This document shows positions 39,321 through 54,002 of a stretch of 64,000 nucleotides of DNA, piece by piece. Position numbers and translations under genes: made by a program. Position 1 is the stretch's first letter. Every line of letters begins with the position of its first letter. The stretch spans positions 183,830,001 through 183,894,000 of the forward strand of contig OZ024741.1 in assembly GCA_964016885.1 (NCBI GenBank), in the 5' to 3' direction. This DNA is from Eledone cirrhosa (Eukaryota). Under the pieces are notes generated by a model that saw nothing but the letters and a program-made list of their open reading frames with translations, was not told where the DNA came from and did not search any database.

Positions 39321-39506
39321 TGTTTCTACTTTTGGCACAAGGCCAGCAATTGTCCAGTGTATTACTGGTACTTTATTTTATCGACCCCGTAAGGATGAAA
39401 GGCAAAGTTAACCTCGGCGGGATTTGAACTCAGAATGGCAAGGGCCGTAACTCTATGCGTCAAAGCATGGCGTCCGACCCTCTACCGATACTGCCGATTC
39501 CCCGCC
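39321..39506 (-). mobile_element. Full-length SINE with 15-bp TSD inserted in a PLE pseudo-LTR
   Basis: ATCTGTACTAATAAT at 39306-39320 and 39507-39521. Confidence 0.92.
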
Positions 39507-39619
39507 ATCTGTACTAATAATAATTTGTTCTACGGGTTTATATATTCTTATTTGTATATACAACCCTTATCGCGTCCTCTTTGGACTTTTGTCTTTGTAT
39601 ATATACATATCTTTATTTC

Positions 39620-41477
39620 ACCCGCAGGGGTTACACCTCTCCTTTGTCCACACCGCCCTCACCCGCGCCCACGCCGTCCACCACACCACCGCCCTCACAC
39701 CATGCCTTCACGCCCACCCACTCTCTCCCTTTCCCTTCGCCTACCACCCTGCCACCCTCCCTCCAATGAACCATCCTACGCCTCTTCCGACGCCTCCCAT
39801 CAGACCCCACCACGTCTTCCCACGTCTATCCCTACTCATCCTTCAAACGCGCACGCAACCTCCGCAACTTCCTCGTCTGCAGCTCCCTACCACAACCCCC
39901 ATCCCTCCCCCGGTTCCCTTCCCTGATTGCCGACCTCACTGCCACACATACCCCGGCATCACCAACACCACTACCTTCCAGGTATCCAACGGCCACTCCC
40001 TTCCTGCCCGGCATTCATTTCGGTGCGCCTCCTCCGGCCTTGTCTACGGAGGACTCCGCTGCACAGAGTGCGGTGCGACCTATGTCGACCGGTTCGCCGA
40101 GCTCCTCCGTGACATCAACCTCGGCTCCTGTTCCCCCATCGCCCGACACTTCTGCTCAGCCGGGCATTTCACTCGCAACTTGAGCGTCTGCGGGCTGATT
40201 GCTTGCCCTGGAACCCCGGATGCCCGACTGAGGGCCGAGCAACGCACGATTTCCCAACTACAGACATGCACTGCCCCTGGTTTGAACTCCTCGCCCTTCT
40301 TCCTTTAGCCCCCGACTGACACCACTATCCACCACCGACCATCACCCACAACTAACTTCATTAACCTACCTACCCTACCTCCTCTTGCCTCCAACCACCA
40401 TCCCCACTCAACAACGTACATACACACACACACACACCCTTTGCCCTCACCTTACCGTCTACCCACTGCCCCGCCACTAACGCACTAACCCTCCCACCCA
40501 CACACACCTCAGAACCACCCACTCACACCTCCCTCTCTCTCCCTTCACCTCACCCTACTATCACCACGAACCTCTACCGACACACACCCACATCTGGACA
40601 CCCTTATAAACAACCAGCCCCCCCCCAAAAAAAACCGACCTCCTCCTTCACCCTCTAACCTACTAATAACCCACGCCCCTATCCACATCCACACCCTCCT
40701 TTCTCCCACCCCGTCATCCTCTAATCCACTAACTCCACACCACACACCTATCCACGTCCCCTAACCCTAACCCTTACACCATAAAAACACACGCACTTAC
40801 AACCTAAACCCTCCCCCAGTATATACTCTCACATCAAAACAGCGATCAACAGAACCCTCTCCCACACACACCGTAAATACCTCCTCGCATGTCCACTAAG
40901 CTTTCAACACATACACTTACACATAACTCATACACAAATATACATGCACATGCTACTCGCAGCCACTTCCGCCCATACATACCTGCCTGTCTACACAGCT
41001 AACTACCTCTCACGCACACATAACAGCAGGACCTCTCTCGCCCACCTTGTTCTGTTTTGTTGGCACCACCTCCTCCTCTCCCTCTCGCACATTTCCCGCC
41101 ATCACCACAGTCTTCTCCCACACTTTCGACTTGACAACTTCCTGTTGCGCACGCCACACTGCCATTTCACTTCCTCATCGCCATTTTTTCTCTTTTTCGG
41201 ACTCGGGCTTTACCTCACGTTGAAATCTACATACTGTTCTCTCGCATTTTTACCATCCACCCCCCCCACACACACAACAATATCCATAGAGAAACACAGT
41301 GACTTGCACCATTTCCGCACACACGCAACTATGCACCTCACATCGCCTACAGACATATTACGCATCCCCTTCTTTTAACCACACACCCGCGTGTGCCCAC
41401 ATCTACACATACATTCACATTTTACCCCACACCGCCTCGGGATTTGACACGTTCTCATCCCATCCGGCGCCCTCCAT

Positions 41478-41560
<83 letters not shown>

Positions 41561-42084
41561 AACACACATACAGGGACTATGCACACACAGATATATACAC
41601 CACCCCAACACATACAAAATGTTTCCTCAAAACCTATATTCACATACACTCGCTTCATTCTAGACTTTCATACTTACATCCATACATACATACACACACA
41701 TCTACACATATACAAACACCTTACTTCCCCCCCTCCCCCCGGCTCTGATTTTCTTGGTTCCCATCCCTTATCCGCCCTCTCTCCCTCCATCCACCTCTAT
41801 ACACAATACCACACCCTCGCCATCCCAGACCTGTGCACTCCTCCCACCCCGTTTATTTTCACTTTTTTTTTAAATTCTGTTTTTATTTATTTTTTATTTT
41901 TCCCTCTTTTCGTGTTCTTGTTAACTTCTTCCCTCCTTACTACACTCTCCACCCCCTCTCGGAGTTCCCCTCCCTTTCCTGATGGAGGACTTATGTCCGA
42001 AACGTCGAAACCTCCCCAACTCTTCCCAAGCGTGAACCTAATACAACTATGTACAATTGACTCGTGCGTTTGTTTGTCCTTTTG

Positions 42085-42090
<6 letters not shown>
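39620..42090 (+). mobile_element. Neptune-like PLE 3' portion: GIY-YIG remnant, long C/A-rich UTR and hammerhead pseudo-LTR
   Basis: CRPHC..RHSFRCASSGLVY..CTECGATYV..RFAELL..PIARHF..RLRAEQRTISQLQTCTAPGLN; HHR at 41975-42010. Confidence 0.8.
41975..42010 (+). ncRNA. Minimal hammerhead with A9G core change
   Basis: TTTC-CTGATGG-aGGACttatGTCC-GAAA-CG-TC-GAAA. Confidence 0.6.
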
Positions 42091-42167
<77 letters not shown>

Positions 42168-42599
42168 TATACGTATGTATGTTAGTATGTATATATGCAT
42201 TTACGTGTGTGTGTGTATGTGTGTGTTTGTGCATATTAATTAATAAATGAAATCTTTACCCCCCCACCCACCCACCCAAAAAACAAAAAAAAACAAAAAA
42301 ACCCCAAACCAAACAACAATAACTAAAGAGCTTCTGAGATAATTCTACCATCCCCCTGCTCATTATATATTATTTATATTATTGTTTTGCCCTTGAACCT
42401 GTCCTAGTTCTAGTTAAATGTCGAGGGTTTTAAACTTCCTGTTCCTTTTTAGTGTATTCCACACTCCTAATCGTAAGCAGGAAGAGCTAGAGGAGGGTTA
42501 TATTTTGAAGAGATATTAGGGATTGAAGAGGATTGGTACCAGAAGAGTTTTAAAGAGAACCAGCCAGACAACCTTCCTGTCTGTCTATCGACTTTTCTG

Positions 42600-43335
42600 T
42601 CTGCCTACTTGCTTTTGAATAGAAGTTTTATTTTCTTTCGTTAGTTGAAAATATCTAGAAAATCAAACTTTCCAGTTGTTGTCTTTCTGTTTCTTCTACA
42701 ACAACTACAACGGTACGCGATGGGGCCCACCCACAGCCCCGGCGAACAGAATGGAGAAGGCGTTTTCCCGGAGGACGGCGAGGGTAACGCGCTGGAAGAG
42801 CCAATCCAATTCGCGGGGCTCACACCTGCGGCTGGCCAGCTCAGCGTCTATGGTGGTGATTAAGGAGGTAGCCCTGGGGCTGAGGACACCAGAAGTCTCC
42901 ACTGCCAGGGATACGACACCAAACCTGTCGGAGACCGACCGGTATTTGAGGAGTTTGGCCCCCTCAGTCAGACGTGCAGCAGAACCTGGATCATCGCAGA
43001 CTGCACCAGGTTGCGGCCGCAGAAAGTGTCGGTGCGAGTGGCATCCCAGACGAGGGGTTTGCCACTGCGGAACGGGAAGATGGTCATGCCATCTGGCTTT
43101 TTGCCGTCCCCTCGATCCAGCCCCACCGACTCGAGCTGGGAAGGGAAGCCTGCAGCGTCCAAGCCATGCTTAATGTCGTCGTTGAGGGCAGCATGGCGTG
43201 GAATGCGGCCGGCACTGTGGTTTACAGGAAAGCGAGTGAAGGCCGAAAAAGTCCACGGTGGAACCGCAGCGACATTGGTGTGGCCGGCAGATCCGGAGGC
43301 CGAGCCTCAGGGAAACGCCGATGCGCTGTGTACGT
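42600..43335 (-). mobile_element. Second CRE-like RLE retrotransposon 3' fragment
   Basis: DAAGFPSQLESVGLDRGDGKKPDGMTIFPFRSGKPLVWDAT; ETSGVL..WLFQRVTLAVLRENA. Confidence 0.82.
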
Positions 43336-43629
43336 GTAAGTGAGTAAATCTTTGTCTATATAACAAAACTATATTGGGCCAGTATTGAATCACTAAACTA
43401 CCAACCACCCATATACACGTCATCTCACATCAGTGTTCACATAAATACACCACTAAAATTATTAATTTCTAATTTAGGTACTAGGCCGACAAAGTTGAGT
43501 AAATCAGGAGTGAAAACAAATATTTGTTACGTGAGGTGAATATAAACTTCTTTGTGGAATGTGTAACTAAGTCAATAATTCGCAGCATATTACAATACAT
43601 CTTTACATTTAGCCCCTGTGTTTGTGTGC

Positions 43630-43712
<83 letters not shown>

Positions 43713-43803
43713 CGTGTGTGTTTTCTCTCAAACATTTATTTATTTTTTCCGTTCCTCCCTCTTTCCCGCTATATTTCTATGTTATTTTTTTTTCCCCAAT
43801 CTA

Positions 43804-43839
43804 TCTTCTGATGATGAACTAGTCTCCGAAACGTCAAAA
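43804..43839 (+). ncRNA. Degenerate minimal hammerhead in a PLE pseudo-LTR
   Basis: tt-CTGATGA-tgaactagtctcc-GAAA-CG-TC-aa; core intact, stem II eroded. Confidence 0.5.
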
Positions 43840-43929
43840 CTCTTTTTCTTCTTTATCAAGCGTTAAACTATTATATTTCTTCATTGTACTGTGACATTTA
43901 CTTTGTCAGTTCTGTTTACCTTTTCACAC

Positions 43930-44027
<98 letters not shown>

Positions 44028-44237
44028 CACACACAACACACACACACACACACACGCACACGCGCACACACACACACACGTATATATATATACATATATG
44101 AATATATATGTGTGTCCGTGTGTGTGTGAGTGTATATATTTATTTATATGCATATACGTAATATAGTATGGCAGTAATATATATATATATATGTGTGTAT
44201 ATATGTATATATGTATATATATATATATATGTATGTA

Positions 44238-44286
<49 letters not shown>

Positions 44287-44296
44287 ATGTATGTGG

Positions 44297-44327
<31 letters not shown>

Positions 44328-44398
44328 GGTATATACATATGTGTATATGTACATATATATATATATACATATATATATATACATATATACATATATAC

Positions 44399-44430
<32 letters not shown>

Positions 44431-44534
44431 GTATATGTATATATAAATATGTGTATATGTACATATATATACATATATATACATATATATACATATATAT
44501 ATATATACATATATATACATATATATACATATAC

Positions 44535-44572
<38 letters not shown>

Positions 44573-44631
44573 ATATATACGGGTGTGTCCGTGTGTAGAA
44601 GCACAACCACACACATTCACACACACATTTT

Positions 44632-44665
<34 letters not shown>

Positions 44666-45259
44666 CACACATGCATACACTCATACATAATTACACACGT
44701 GTCAGCCCTAATCAAACATGGAGACATACACACTGTTGTCCCCTTATTATTTATCTGTTGCATCATTTCCTCTAGTTCTCCACTCTCTGTTCTATGACAG
44801 CGCAAATGTCTGATATATCACAAAATAGTCTCAACTGAACAAACAGGGCGCATTGTCCGTCAATTGATCAATCGATAAGTAAATCCATTGGTCAGATCAG
44901 CACTAATATTCCTTATATCCTTGTCAGCAGGTGAGCTCAAACGTCCGCAAGCAAACCGAGCGCCAGATGTATTTATTTATTTATATGTTTATATATTATT
45001 GAATTATTTATTTATTATATATATATACAGTATATACTTGAATCTTATTTCTTTCATGACATCCATGTTTATGTATGCACGCGCGCGTGAGTGTGTGTGT
45101 GGGCGGGGTATGTGTGTGCGCGTGAGTGTGTGTGTGAGAGTGTGTGTGTGTGTGCGTGTGCATATATACATATGCACATATGCACGCACACACTGACGCA
45201 TGTATGATACCCAAATGGTTATGCATAAATGCATAATTGTATATTTACATGTATGTATG

Positions 45260-45293
<34 letters not shown>

Positions 45294-45852
45294 TTCATGG
45301 ATGCATGTATGTATACACATACACAAACACACACACACACACAGATATGTACATATATATATGTGTGTGTGCGTGTGTGTGTGTGTGTGTGTATGCATAT
45401 ATACATATATATGTATGTATACACACACACACATATATATATATATTTATATATATATATATATGCATATATATGAGTGTGTGTTTCTGGGTGTGTGAGT
45501 GTATGTGAAATGAGTGGGGCTCAGAGAGAGAGGCGTGTAAACAAATATTTAGTGAGATGAATCTAGACCGAAATACTTTGTGAAACGTGGTGTAGTTAAG
45601 TCAATAATTCGCACCATATTACTATACTGTTTAACCCTAACAGAGGCAGGCCTTTGATCAAATATATTCTAGCAATGAATCCATTCTTAGTTATATTGTG
45701 AACGCCCTTGTCTAAGCCCCAAGCCACTAATGACCATACCGTAATATCTAAATTGGCTTTGTATACCAGTAATTGCAATGTGAATACATGACAAAATTTT
45801 AGATGCTTAGAATTGCCTATATTTCTGGAATGGTCACCAACATCTCGATATA

Positions 45853-47440
45853 GGACAGATCATTTATAAACTAAACCTTTTCATCTAATCTTTATGTAGA
45901 CTGAACTGTCGCCATCCCTCTTACCAGAGATACGGGACAGATAGTTTATAAACTAAACTAGTTGATCTAAACTTTATGTAGACAGTGAACAGTCGCCATC
46001 CCTCTTACCAGAGATACGAGACAGATCGTTTATAAACTAAACTAGTTGATCTAAACTTTATGTAGACAGTGAACAGTCGCCATCCCTCTTACCAGAGATA
46101 CGGGACAATTGTTTATAAACTAAACCAATTGATCTAATCTTTATGTAGACAGTGAACTCTCACCAGCCTTTTTCCCAGAGATACGAGACAGATCGTTTAT
46201 AAACTAAACCAATTGATCTAATCTTTATGTAGACTGAACTGTCGCCATCCCTCTTACCAGAGATACCAGACAGATAGTTTATAAACTAAACCAATTGATC
46301 TAATCTTTATCTAGACAGTGAACAGTCGCCATCCCTCTTACCCAGAGATACGGGACAGATCGTTTATAAACTAAACCATTTGATCTAATCTTTATGTAGA
46401 CAGTGAACTGTCGCCATCCATCTTACCAGAGATACGAGACAGATCGTTTATAAACTAAGCCATTTGATCTAATCTTTATGTAGACAGTGAACAGTCGCCA
46501 TCCCTCTTACCAGAGATATGAGACAGATCGTTTATAAACTAAACCATTTGATCTAATCTTTATGTAGACAGTGAACAGTCGCCATCCCTCTTACCAGAGA
46601 TACGAGACAGATCGTTTATAAACTAAACCATTTGATCTAATCTTTATGTAGACAGTGAACTGTCACCCTCCCTCTTACCAGAGATACGGGACAGATCGTT
46701 TATAAACTAAGCCATTTGATCTAATCTTTATGTAGACAGTGAACAGTCGCCATCCCTCTTACCAGAGATACGAGACAGATCGTTTATAAACTAAACCATT
46801 TGATCTAATCTTTATGTAGACAGTGAACAGTCGCCATCCCTCTTACCAGAGATACGAGACAGATCGTTTATAAACTAAACCATTTGATCTAATCTTTATG
46901 TTGACAGTGAACAGTCGCCATCCCTCTTACCAGAGATACGAGACAGATCGTTTATAAACTAAACCATTTGATCTAATCTTTATGTAGACAGTGAACAGTC
47001 GCCATCCCTCTTATCAGAGATACGAGACAGATCGTTTATAAACTAAACCATTTGATCTAAACTTTATGTTGACAGTGAACAGTCGCCATCCCTCTTACCA
47101 GAGATACGAGACAGATCGTTTATAAACTAAACCATTTGATCTAAACTTTATGTAGACAGTGAACTGTCACCATCCCTCTTACCAGAGATACGAGACAGAT
47201 CGTTTATAAACTAAACCATTTGATCTAAACTTTATGTAGACAGTGAACAGTCGCCATCCCTCTTACCAGAGATACGAGACAGATCGTTTATAAACTAAAC
47301 CATTTGATCTAAACTTTATGTAGACAGTGAACTGTCACCATCCCTCTTACCAGAGATACGAGACAGATCGTTTATAAACTAAACCATTTGATCTAAACTT
47401 TATGTAGACAGTGAACTGTCACCAGCCCTTTTCCCAGAGT
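45853..47440. repeat. 84-bp minisatellite, about 19 copies
   Basis: Unit gacagatcgtttataaactaaaccatttgatctaatctttatgtagacagtgaacagtcgccatccctcttaccagagatacga; period 84 (46437, 46521, 46605). Confidence 0.95.
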
Positions 47441-47784
47441 TCGGTGAAATGTAAAAAGAAAACGTCACACACATACTTGTATTCAGTATCATACAACACA
47501 TGCCCTTCATTGCTGTATGTGTATGATGTTCGCATTGCTAATAATTCTACAGCGTGTTATCTTGGAAAATCTTTATTACCATAGCATTGGGTCGACCCAA
47601 GCTTTATGAGTAAGAATGGGAAGACAGAAACTGTGTAGATACCATTCAGATGATTTGTACTTATTTGTCGGGGTCCCTGTTAAACACCAGCGTCACTTGC
47701 TCATGTATATCTTTCGCGGACCCTATCATTGCAGAACATTTGGGAACGCAATATGACACATATAAAAATCAACCGATATTTTGA

Positions 47785-48519
47785 CAATGGTGATGACGCT
47801 GTAGATAATGATGATGATAACGATAAAAATCACGAGGACAATGATGGTGATGACAATTGTTACTGGTGATAATAAAGTGGTGGTAATAGTGGAGATAATG
47901 AAGGTTATGATGATGATGATGATGGTGATGATGATGGTGATGATGGTGATGGTGATGATGGTGATGGTGATGATGATGATTATGGTGATGGTGATGATGG
48001 TGATGATGGTGATGGTGATGGTGATGATGGTGATGGTGATGATGGTGATGATGGTGATGGTGATGGTGATGATGGTGATAGTGATGATGGTGATGATGAT
48101 GATGGTGATGATGATGATGGTGATGATGCTGATGGTGATGATGGTGATGGTGATGATGGTGATGGTGATGATGGTGATGGTGATGATGGTGGTGATGGTG
48201 ATGGTGATGGTGATGATGGTGATGATGTTGGTGATGATGATGGTGATGATGATCATGATGATGATGGTGGTGGTGATGATGATGATGTTGATGATGATGG
48301 TGATGATGATGATGATGATGATGATGATGACGACGACGACGATGGCGGGGATGAGAATGTCGGTGGCAGTAATAACGATGATGATGATGATGCTGATGAA
48401 GATGATGCTGACGAGGAGGAGTAGGAGGAGGAGGAGTAGGAGGATGATGACGACGACGACGACACGACGACGAGGACGGCGGCGATGAGGATGAGGGGGA
48501 TGAGGATGACAATAATAAC

Positions 48520-48569
<50 letters not shown>

Positions 48570-49670
48570 GGCGGAGGAGGGAGGGGAGGGGATGATGAAT
48601 GATGATGGTGTAATGAGGGTGATAGTGATGATGATGCTGATGACAGCGACGACGCTGATAATCATGATGATGGTGATGATGTTAGTGATGATGCTGATGA
48701 TGTTAGTGATGATGCTGATGATGTTAGTGATGATGATGATGATGATGTTAGTGATGATGATGCTGATGATGTTAGTGATGCTGATGATGTTAGTGATGAT
48801 GATATGATGACAGCGACGACGACGATGATAATCATGATGATGCTGCTGATGATGTTAGTGACGATGATGCTGATGATGTTAGTGATGTTGCTGGTGATGT
48901 TAGTGATGATGCTGGTGATGTTAGTGATGATGCTGATGATGTTAGTGATGATGCTGATGATGTTAGTGATGATGCTGGTGATGTTAGTGATGATGATGCT
49001 GATGTTAGTGATGATGATGCTGATGTTAGTGATGATGATGATAGTGATGATGATATGATGACAGCGACGACGATGATGATAATCATGATGATGCTGCTGA
49101 TGATGTTAGTGACGATGATGCTGATGATGTTAGTGATGATGCTGGTGATGTTAGTGATGATGCTGATGTTGTTAGTGATGATGCTGATGATGTTAGTGAT
49201 GATGCTGATGATGTTAGTGATGATGATGCTGATGATGTTAGTGATGATGCTGATGATGTTAGTGAAGATGCTGGTGATGTTAGTGATGATGCTGATGATG
49301 TTAGTGATGATGATGCTGATGATGTTAGTGATGATGATATGATGACAGCGACGACGACGATGATAATCATGATGATGCTGCTGATGATGTTAGTGACGAT
49401 GATGCTGATGATGTTAGTGATGATGCTGGTGATGTTAGTGATGATGCTGATGTTGTTAGTGATGATGCTGATGTTGTTAGTGATGATGCTGATGATGTTA
49501 GTGATGATGATGCTGATGTTAGTGATGATGATGCTGATGATGTTAGTGATGATGATGCTGATGTTAGTGATGATGATGCTGATGATGTTAGTGATGATGA
49601 TGCTGATGATGTTAGTGATGATGTTGGTGATGATGATGCTGATGATGTTAGTGATGATGCTGCTGCTGCT
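47785..49670. repeat. (GAT)n-derived degenerate satellite with higher-order units
   Basis: Marker gatgacagcgacgacg..ataatcatgatg recurs near 48638, 48805, 49056 and 49340. Confidence 0.9.
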
Positions 49671-49830
49671 GACACTTACACAGTATGGCTGCTGCTGCCA
49701 GAAGAGTTATTAATGAGATGGGAAGAGGTTGGGGTAACCATATGTTAAGTGTTTATTACCGGTTTATAGCTCTGTCTTATTCAAGTCCCATACATTCATC
49801 CGACAGGTTGCCTCTGGCAGGGCGTATTCC

Positions 49831-49886
<56 letters not shown>

Positions 49887-50072
49887 CGTGGTGGTGGTGC
49901 TGCTGCTGCTGGTGGTGTTTTTTTAATTATTTAAAAGACAAAAAAAATCAAACAAACCAACCAACCAAACAAAAAAAAACATTATATGCTTCTTATATGT
50001 TTGTGTGTGCAAGTGTGTTTAATTGTGCGTTGATGTGTATAAAAAAAATTTGAAATATATATATATGTATAC

Positions 50073-50109
<37 letters not shown>

Positions 50110-50116
50110 AATATAC

Positions 50117-50205
<89 letters not shown>

Positions 50206-50257
50206 TATATATATATGTACATATATATATATGTACATATATATATGTATATATATA

Positions 50258-50373
<116 letters not shown>

Positions 50374-50810
50374 TGTGTGTGTGAGAGTGTGTGCGTGCGT
50401 GTGCGTGTGCATATATACATATGCATATATATATACATATATATATATATATATGTACAAACACACACATAAATATATATGAATATATAGACATAAGCAT
50501 AAAAATATACATACATAAGTACGTACGTACATACTACATGCATATATACATACATACGTACATGCATGTATATGTATATACATATACACACATATATAAA
50601 CACACACAGAGAAACTGTTGAGTGGAACAGTGGGAATGAAAATAAAAAAGAAATCAGTATAATATATATCTTTTTCTCTCGCACTGTGTGTATGTGTGTG
50701 TATGTATGTATATATATATATATATAAACACACACATACCCACGCATACACACACATATATATGTATATATGTATAGATATAGATACATATATGTGTGTA
50801 CATATATATA

Positions 50811-50849
<39 letters not shown>

Positions 50850-52001
50850 GGAGAGAGAGAGAGAGAGAAAGAAAGAAAGAAAGAGAGAGGGAGACAGAGA
50901 GAGAGAGAGAGAGGGAGAGGGAGAGAGAGAGAGAGAGAGGGAGAGAGAGAGAGAGAATTGTATTAAAAGCAATATTTTCAATTCTCATTTGTCTTGTTTA
51001 AAGAAAACAAACCCCACAAACAACAACAACAACGACAACAACATTATCAATATTTAAATATAACATTTTTCACATTAATCAAGATAGAAGCTGTGTTTCC
51101 GCCATAAAGCCTACTTAATTTAACTCATTACTAGTACTAAAGATATTGAACAACTATCGATTTTTCCATACCCTCCCTTACCGAGCCCTTTTGCTATACC
51201 ATCATTATTTGTACATACACACACACACACAGACACTCAGACATATATATATGTATACACACACGCAAACACACACACATTTATATATATGTATATATAT
51301 ATATATATACTTTGGGAGGGTCATGTTGCCAATATATATGTATATATATATATGTATATATATATATGTATATATATATATGTATATATATATGTATATA
51401 TATATATATATATATTTAAAAAAAATAGAGGTGTGACACACGAGTTGTGATATATTAGTAAAGAGGAAAAGAAAATGCTGACAAATTTTTTCCAGTGAAA
51501 AATAGTTTAATTAGGAATAAGTATTGGTTAGTATTCAGTTTTAGTTTTAAGTTTTTACCGGTTGCGCATTTCTAATGCTTTTCAAAAATAATTTTGAGAT
51601 AGAGCGCCCGTGATGTTTGCTCAAACATCACGATTATGTATATTCCCTCTGAGAGTTTGTAAAATTTTTACATAGATCTATATGATATACATACCAACAC
51701 ACACATATATATCATAGAAACGTTCGTAAAATGATGAATTTTTTAATATAAGGAACTGTTTCTTTGTTTTTATTCATTGTTTTTTATTAATTTATCTTGA
51801 CTCTGTTTTCCTGTGATTTTCATCGAAAAAAACCTTTGAATACATCTTCTCTTTTCATGATATTTGGATTACATTGAGTTCTTCATACGGATTGGACACT
51901 ACCGTATATTTTGGTAGATTTATCTACATATATATGTGTGTGTGTGTGTGTGTGTATGAATATATGTATATCTATCTAACTATCTCTTTCTCTCTATGTA
52001 C

Positions 52002-52040
<39 letters not shown>

Positions 52041-52079
52041 TACATAGAGCAAAAGAGATAGTTAGATAGATATACATAT

Positions 52080-52224
<145 letters not shown>

Positions 52225-52419
52225 CACACACACAATGAAAGACACACAAACACATATATATGTATAGATATATGCATGTATACTGTGTGATAATCTATGA
52301 AGGTGAAGCATCGAACAAAATGTTCTGTCTTGAAATCCTGCTAAGGAGTCACTTCCGGTTCTGATATTTACTGAAAGTCTAATGTCTGTCTCGAACCCGG
52401 AACCTCATCAGGCTGGTGT

Positions 52420-52640
52420 TTATCTCAGTCATGAAGCGACTGAGAGTACAAGACTTCCTCCTGGATAGGACGCCAGTCTATCGCAAGGTTAAACCCTTAG
52501 CTGGTACTAATTTTCAGCTGAGTATATGTGAGGAACACGAAATGAAATGTTTCGCTCAAGAACACAACACAATACAGTCCCGGAATCAAACCTATGAATT
52601 TATGATCGTAAGTGAGACACGCTTACGACTAGGCCACGTG
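52420..52640 (-). mobile_element. Probable SINE of another family
   Basis: aaatgtttcgctcaagaacacaacac..cggaatcaaacc pattern resembles a reversed tRNA-SINE head. Confidence 0.4.
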
Positions 52641-53287
52641 CCTATACATTAATATTTGCAGGGGACGATATAATAGATAGATTACCAGACCAATTACCTG
52701 AGGTTATTATAATTGGTTACATACCATACACATAATTTGTGTTCTAGTGTCGAACGAAGGGGTCCTTGTACTTTGGATCGACTTCCCACATGAGTAAATT
52801 GTGAAGAAATACTGTGCTTTGGTATAAATTACTGCGTTTTCAAGTAAATACTTGAACATTGAAACCAACATAACTTTATATGGTATACATACCTTCTGAT
52901 AAGAACCCAATTTGGTTAAAAAATTGATTAAATGTATTTATCATTTTTAGATTTACAAAGAAATGCGTATATTTGGCATGTTTACATGTGTGTATACTAA
53001 AAATGTATAAATTTATATACACATTTACGAAGACTATATCTGTTATATCTATATAGATACAGATATACCATTTACCATTTATGTTGTGAGGTTTACCAAT
53101 GGGTAGATGTGATCATTCTGGTTAGCAATCCATGATGTAATATGTTGAAGCACTCATTGTTATGCAAATGATCTATCGTGGCTGTGGCAGGAATAGAGTT
53201 AAAACAAAAGAAGGCTGGACTTAGAATATTCTTTTAATGCTGCAAAACCACAATACGTATTTCTATAGTCTAGTTACATCATTAAAT

Positions 53288-53335
<48 letters not shown>

Positions 53336-53649
53336 ATATATATATATATGTATATCCAGGCAGGAATTTGTGCGGTTCCAATATCGATTCTTCGGTAGTC
53401 GACTGTTGTTACAGTTATTTTCTGCGTTTGAGATATCTATATTTTTTAAGGATATATATCCATATAGACACCATATAAGAGTTGGCACTAGTTCTTCACG
53501 GACAACAGATTAATATTCCTGTACGAAGGTATTATCCTGAACATAAATGCTAGAATGAGGAAATTAGATGTTCTGATATAGTATGAAAAGTAAGGTCCTA
53601 CTTATAATAAGAAAATCATAGAAAAGGACGCGCGGGTGTTAATTATATT

Positions 53650-54002
53650 TAATGGTTTCTGATTTAGCTACAAGGCCAACACTTTTTGGGGAAATGGAAA
53701 GTGAATTTAATCGACCGCATTGCATTACTGGTACTTTATTTTGTCAACCCCGCAATGATGAAAGACAAAGCTAACCTAGGTAGACTTTGAACTCAGAACG
53801 CAAAGAGCCATAACTGTGTCGCTAAGCATGTTATCCGACGCTCTACAGATCCTGCCAATAAATTACATTTAATTGTTTCTACTATTGGCACAAGGCCAGC
53901 AATTATCCCAGTACATTACTGGTACTCTATTTTATCGACCCCCGTAAGGATGAAAAGCAAAGTTAACCTCGGCGGGATTTGAACTCAGAATGGCAAGGGC
54001 CG
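53650..54002 (-). mobile_element. Two adjacent SINE copies (old 53650-53857; younger partial 53870-54002)
   Basis: Same SINE core on the minus strand. Confidence 0.8.

Noticed and set aside
40758-40775. Telomeric CCCTAA repeats
   Set aside because: Only about 2.5 units inside a C/A-rich PLE UTR
45853-47440. CRISPR array or C2H2 zinc-finger array (84 bp = 28 codons)
   Set aside because: No unique spacers or cas genes; the unit has stops in all six frames and no CxxC...HxxxH pattern
47726-49713. Poly-His/Met/Ser ORFs as metal-binding proteins
   Set aside because: Products of the (GAT)n satellite, open in several frames on both strands with no frame-specific signal
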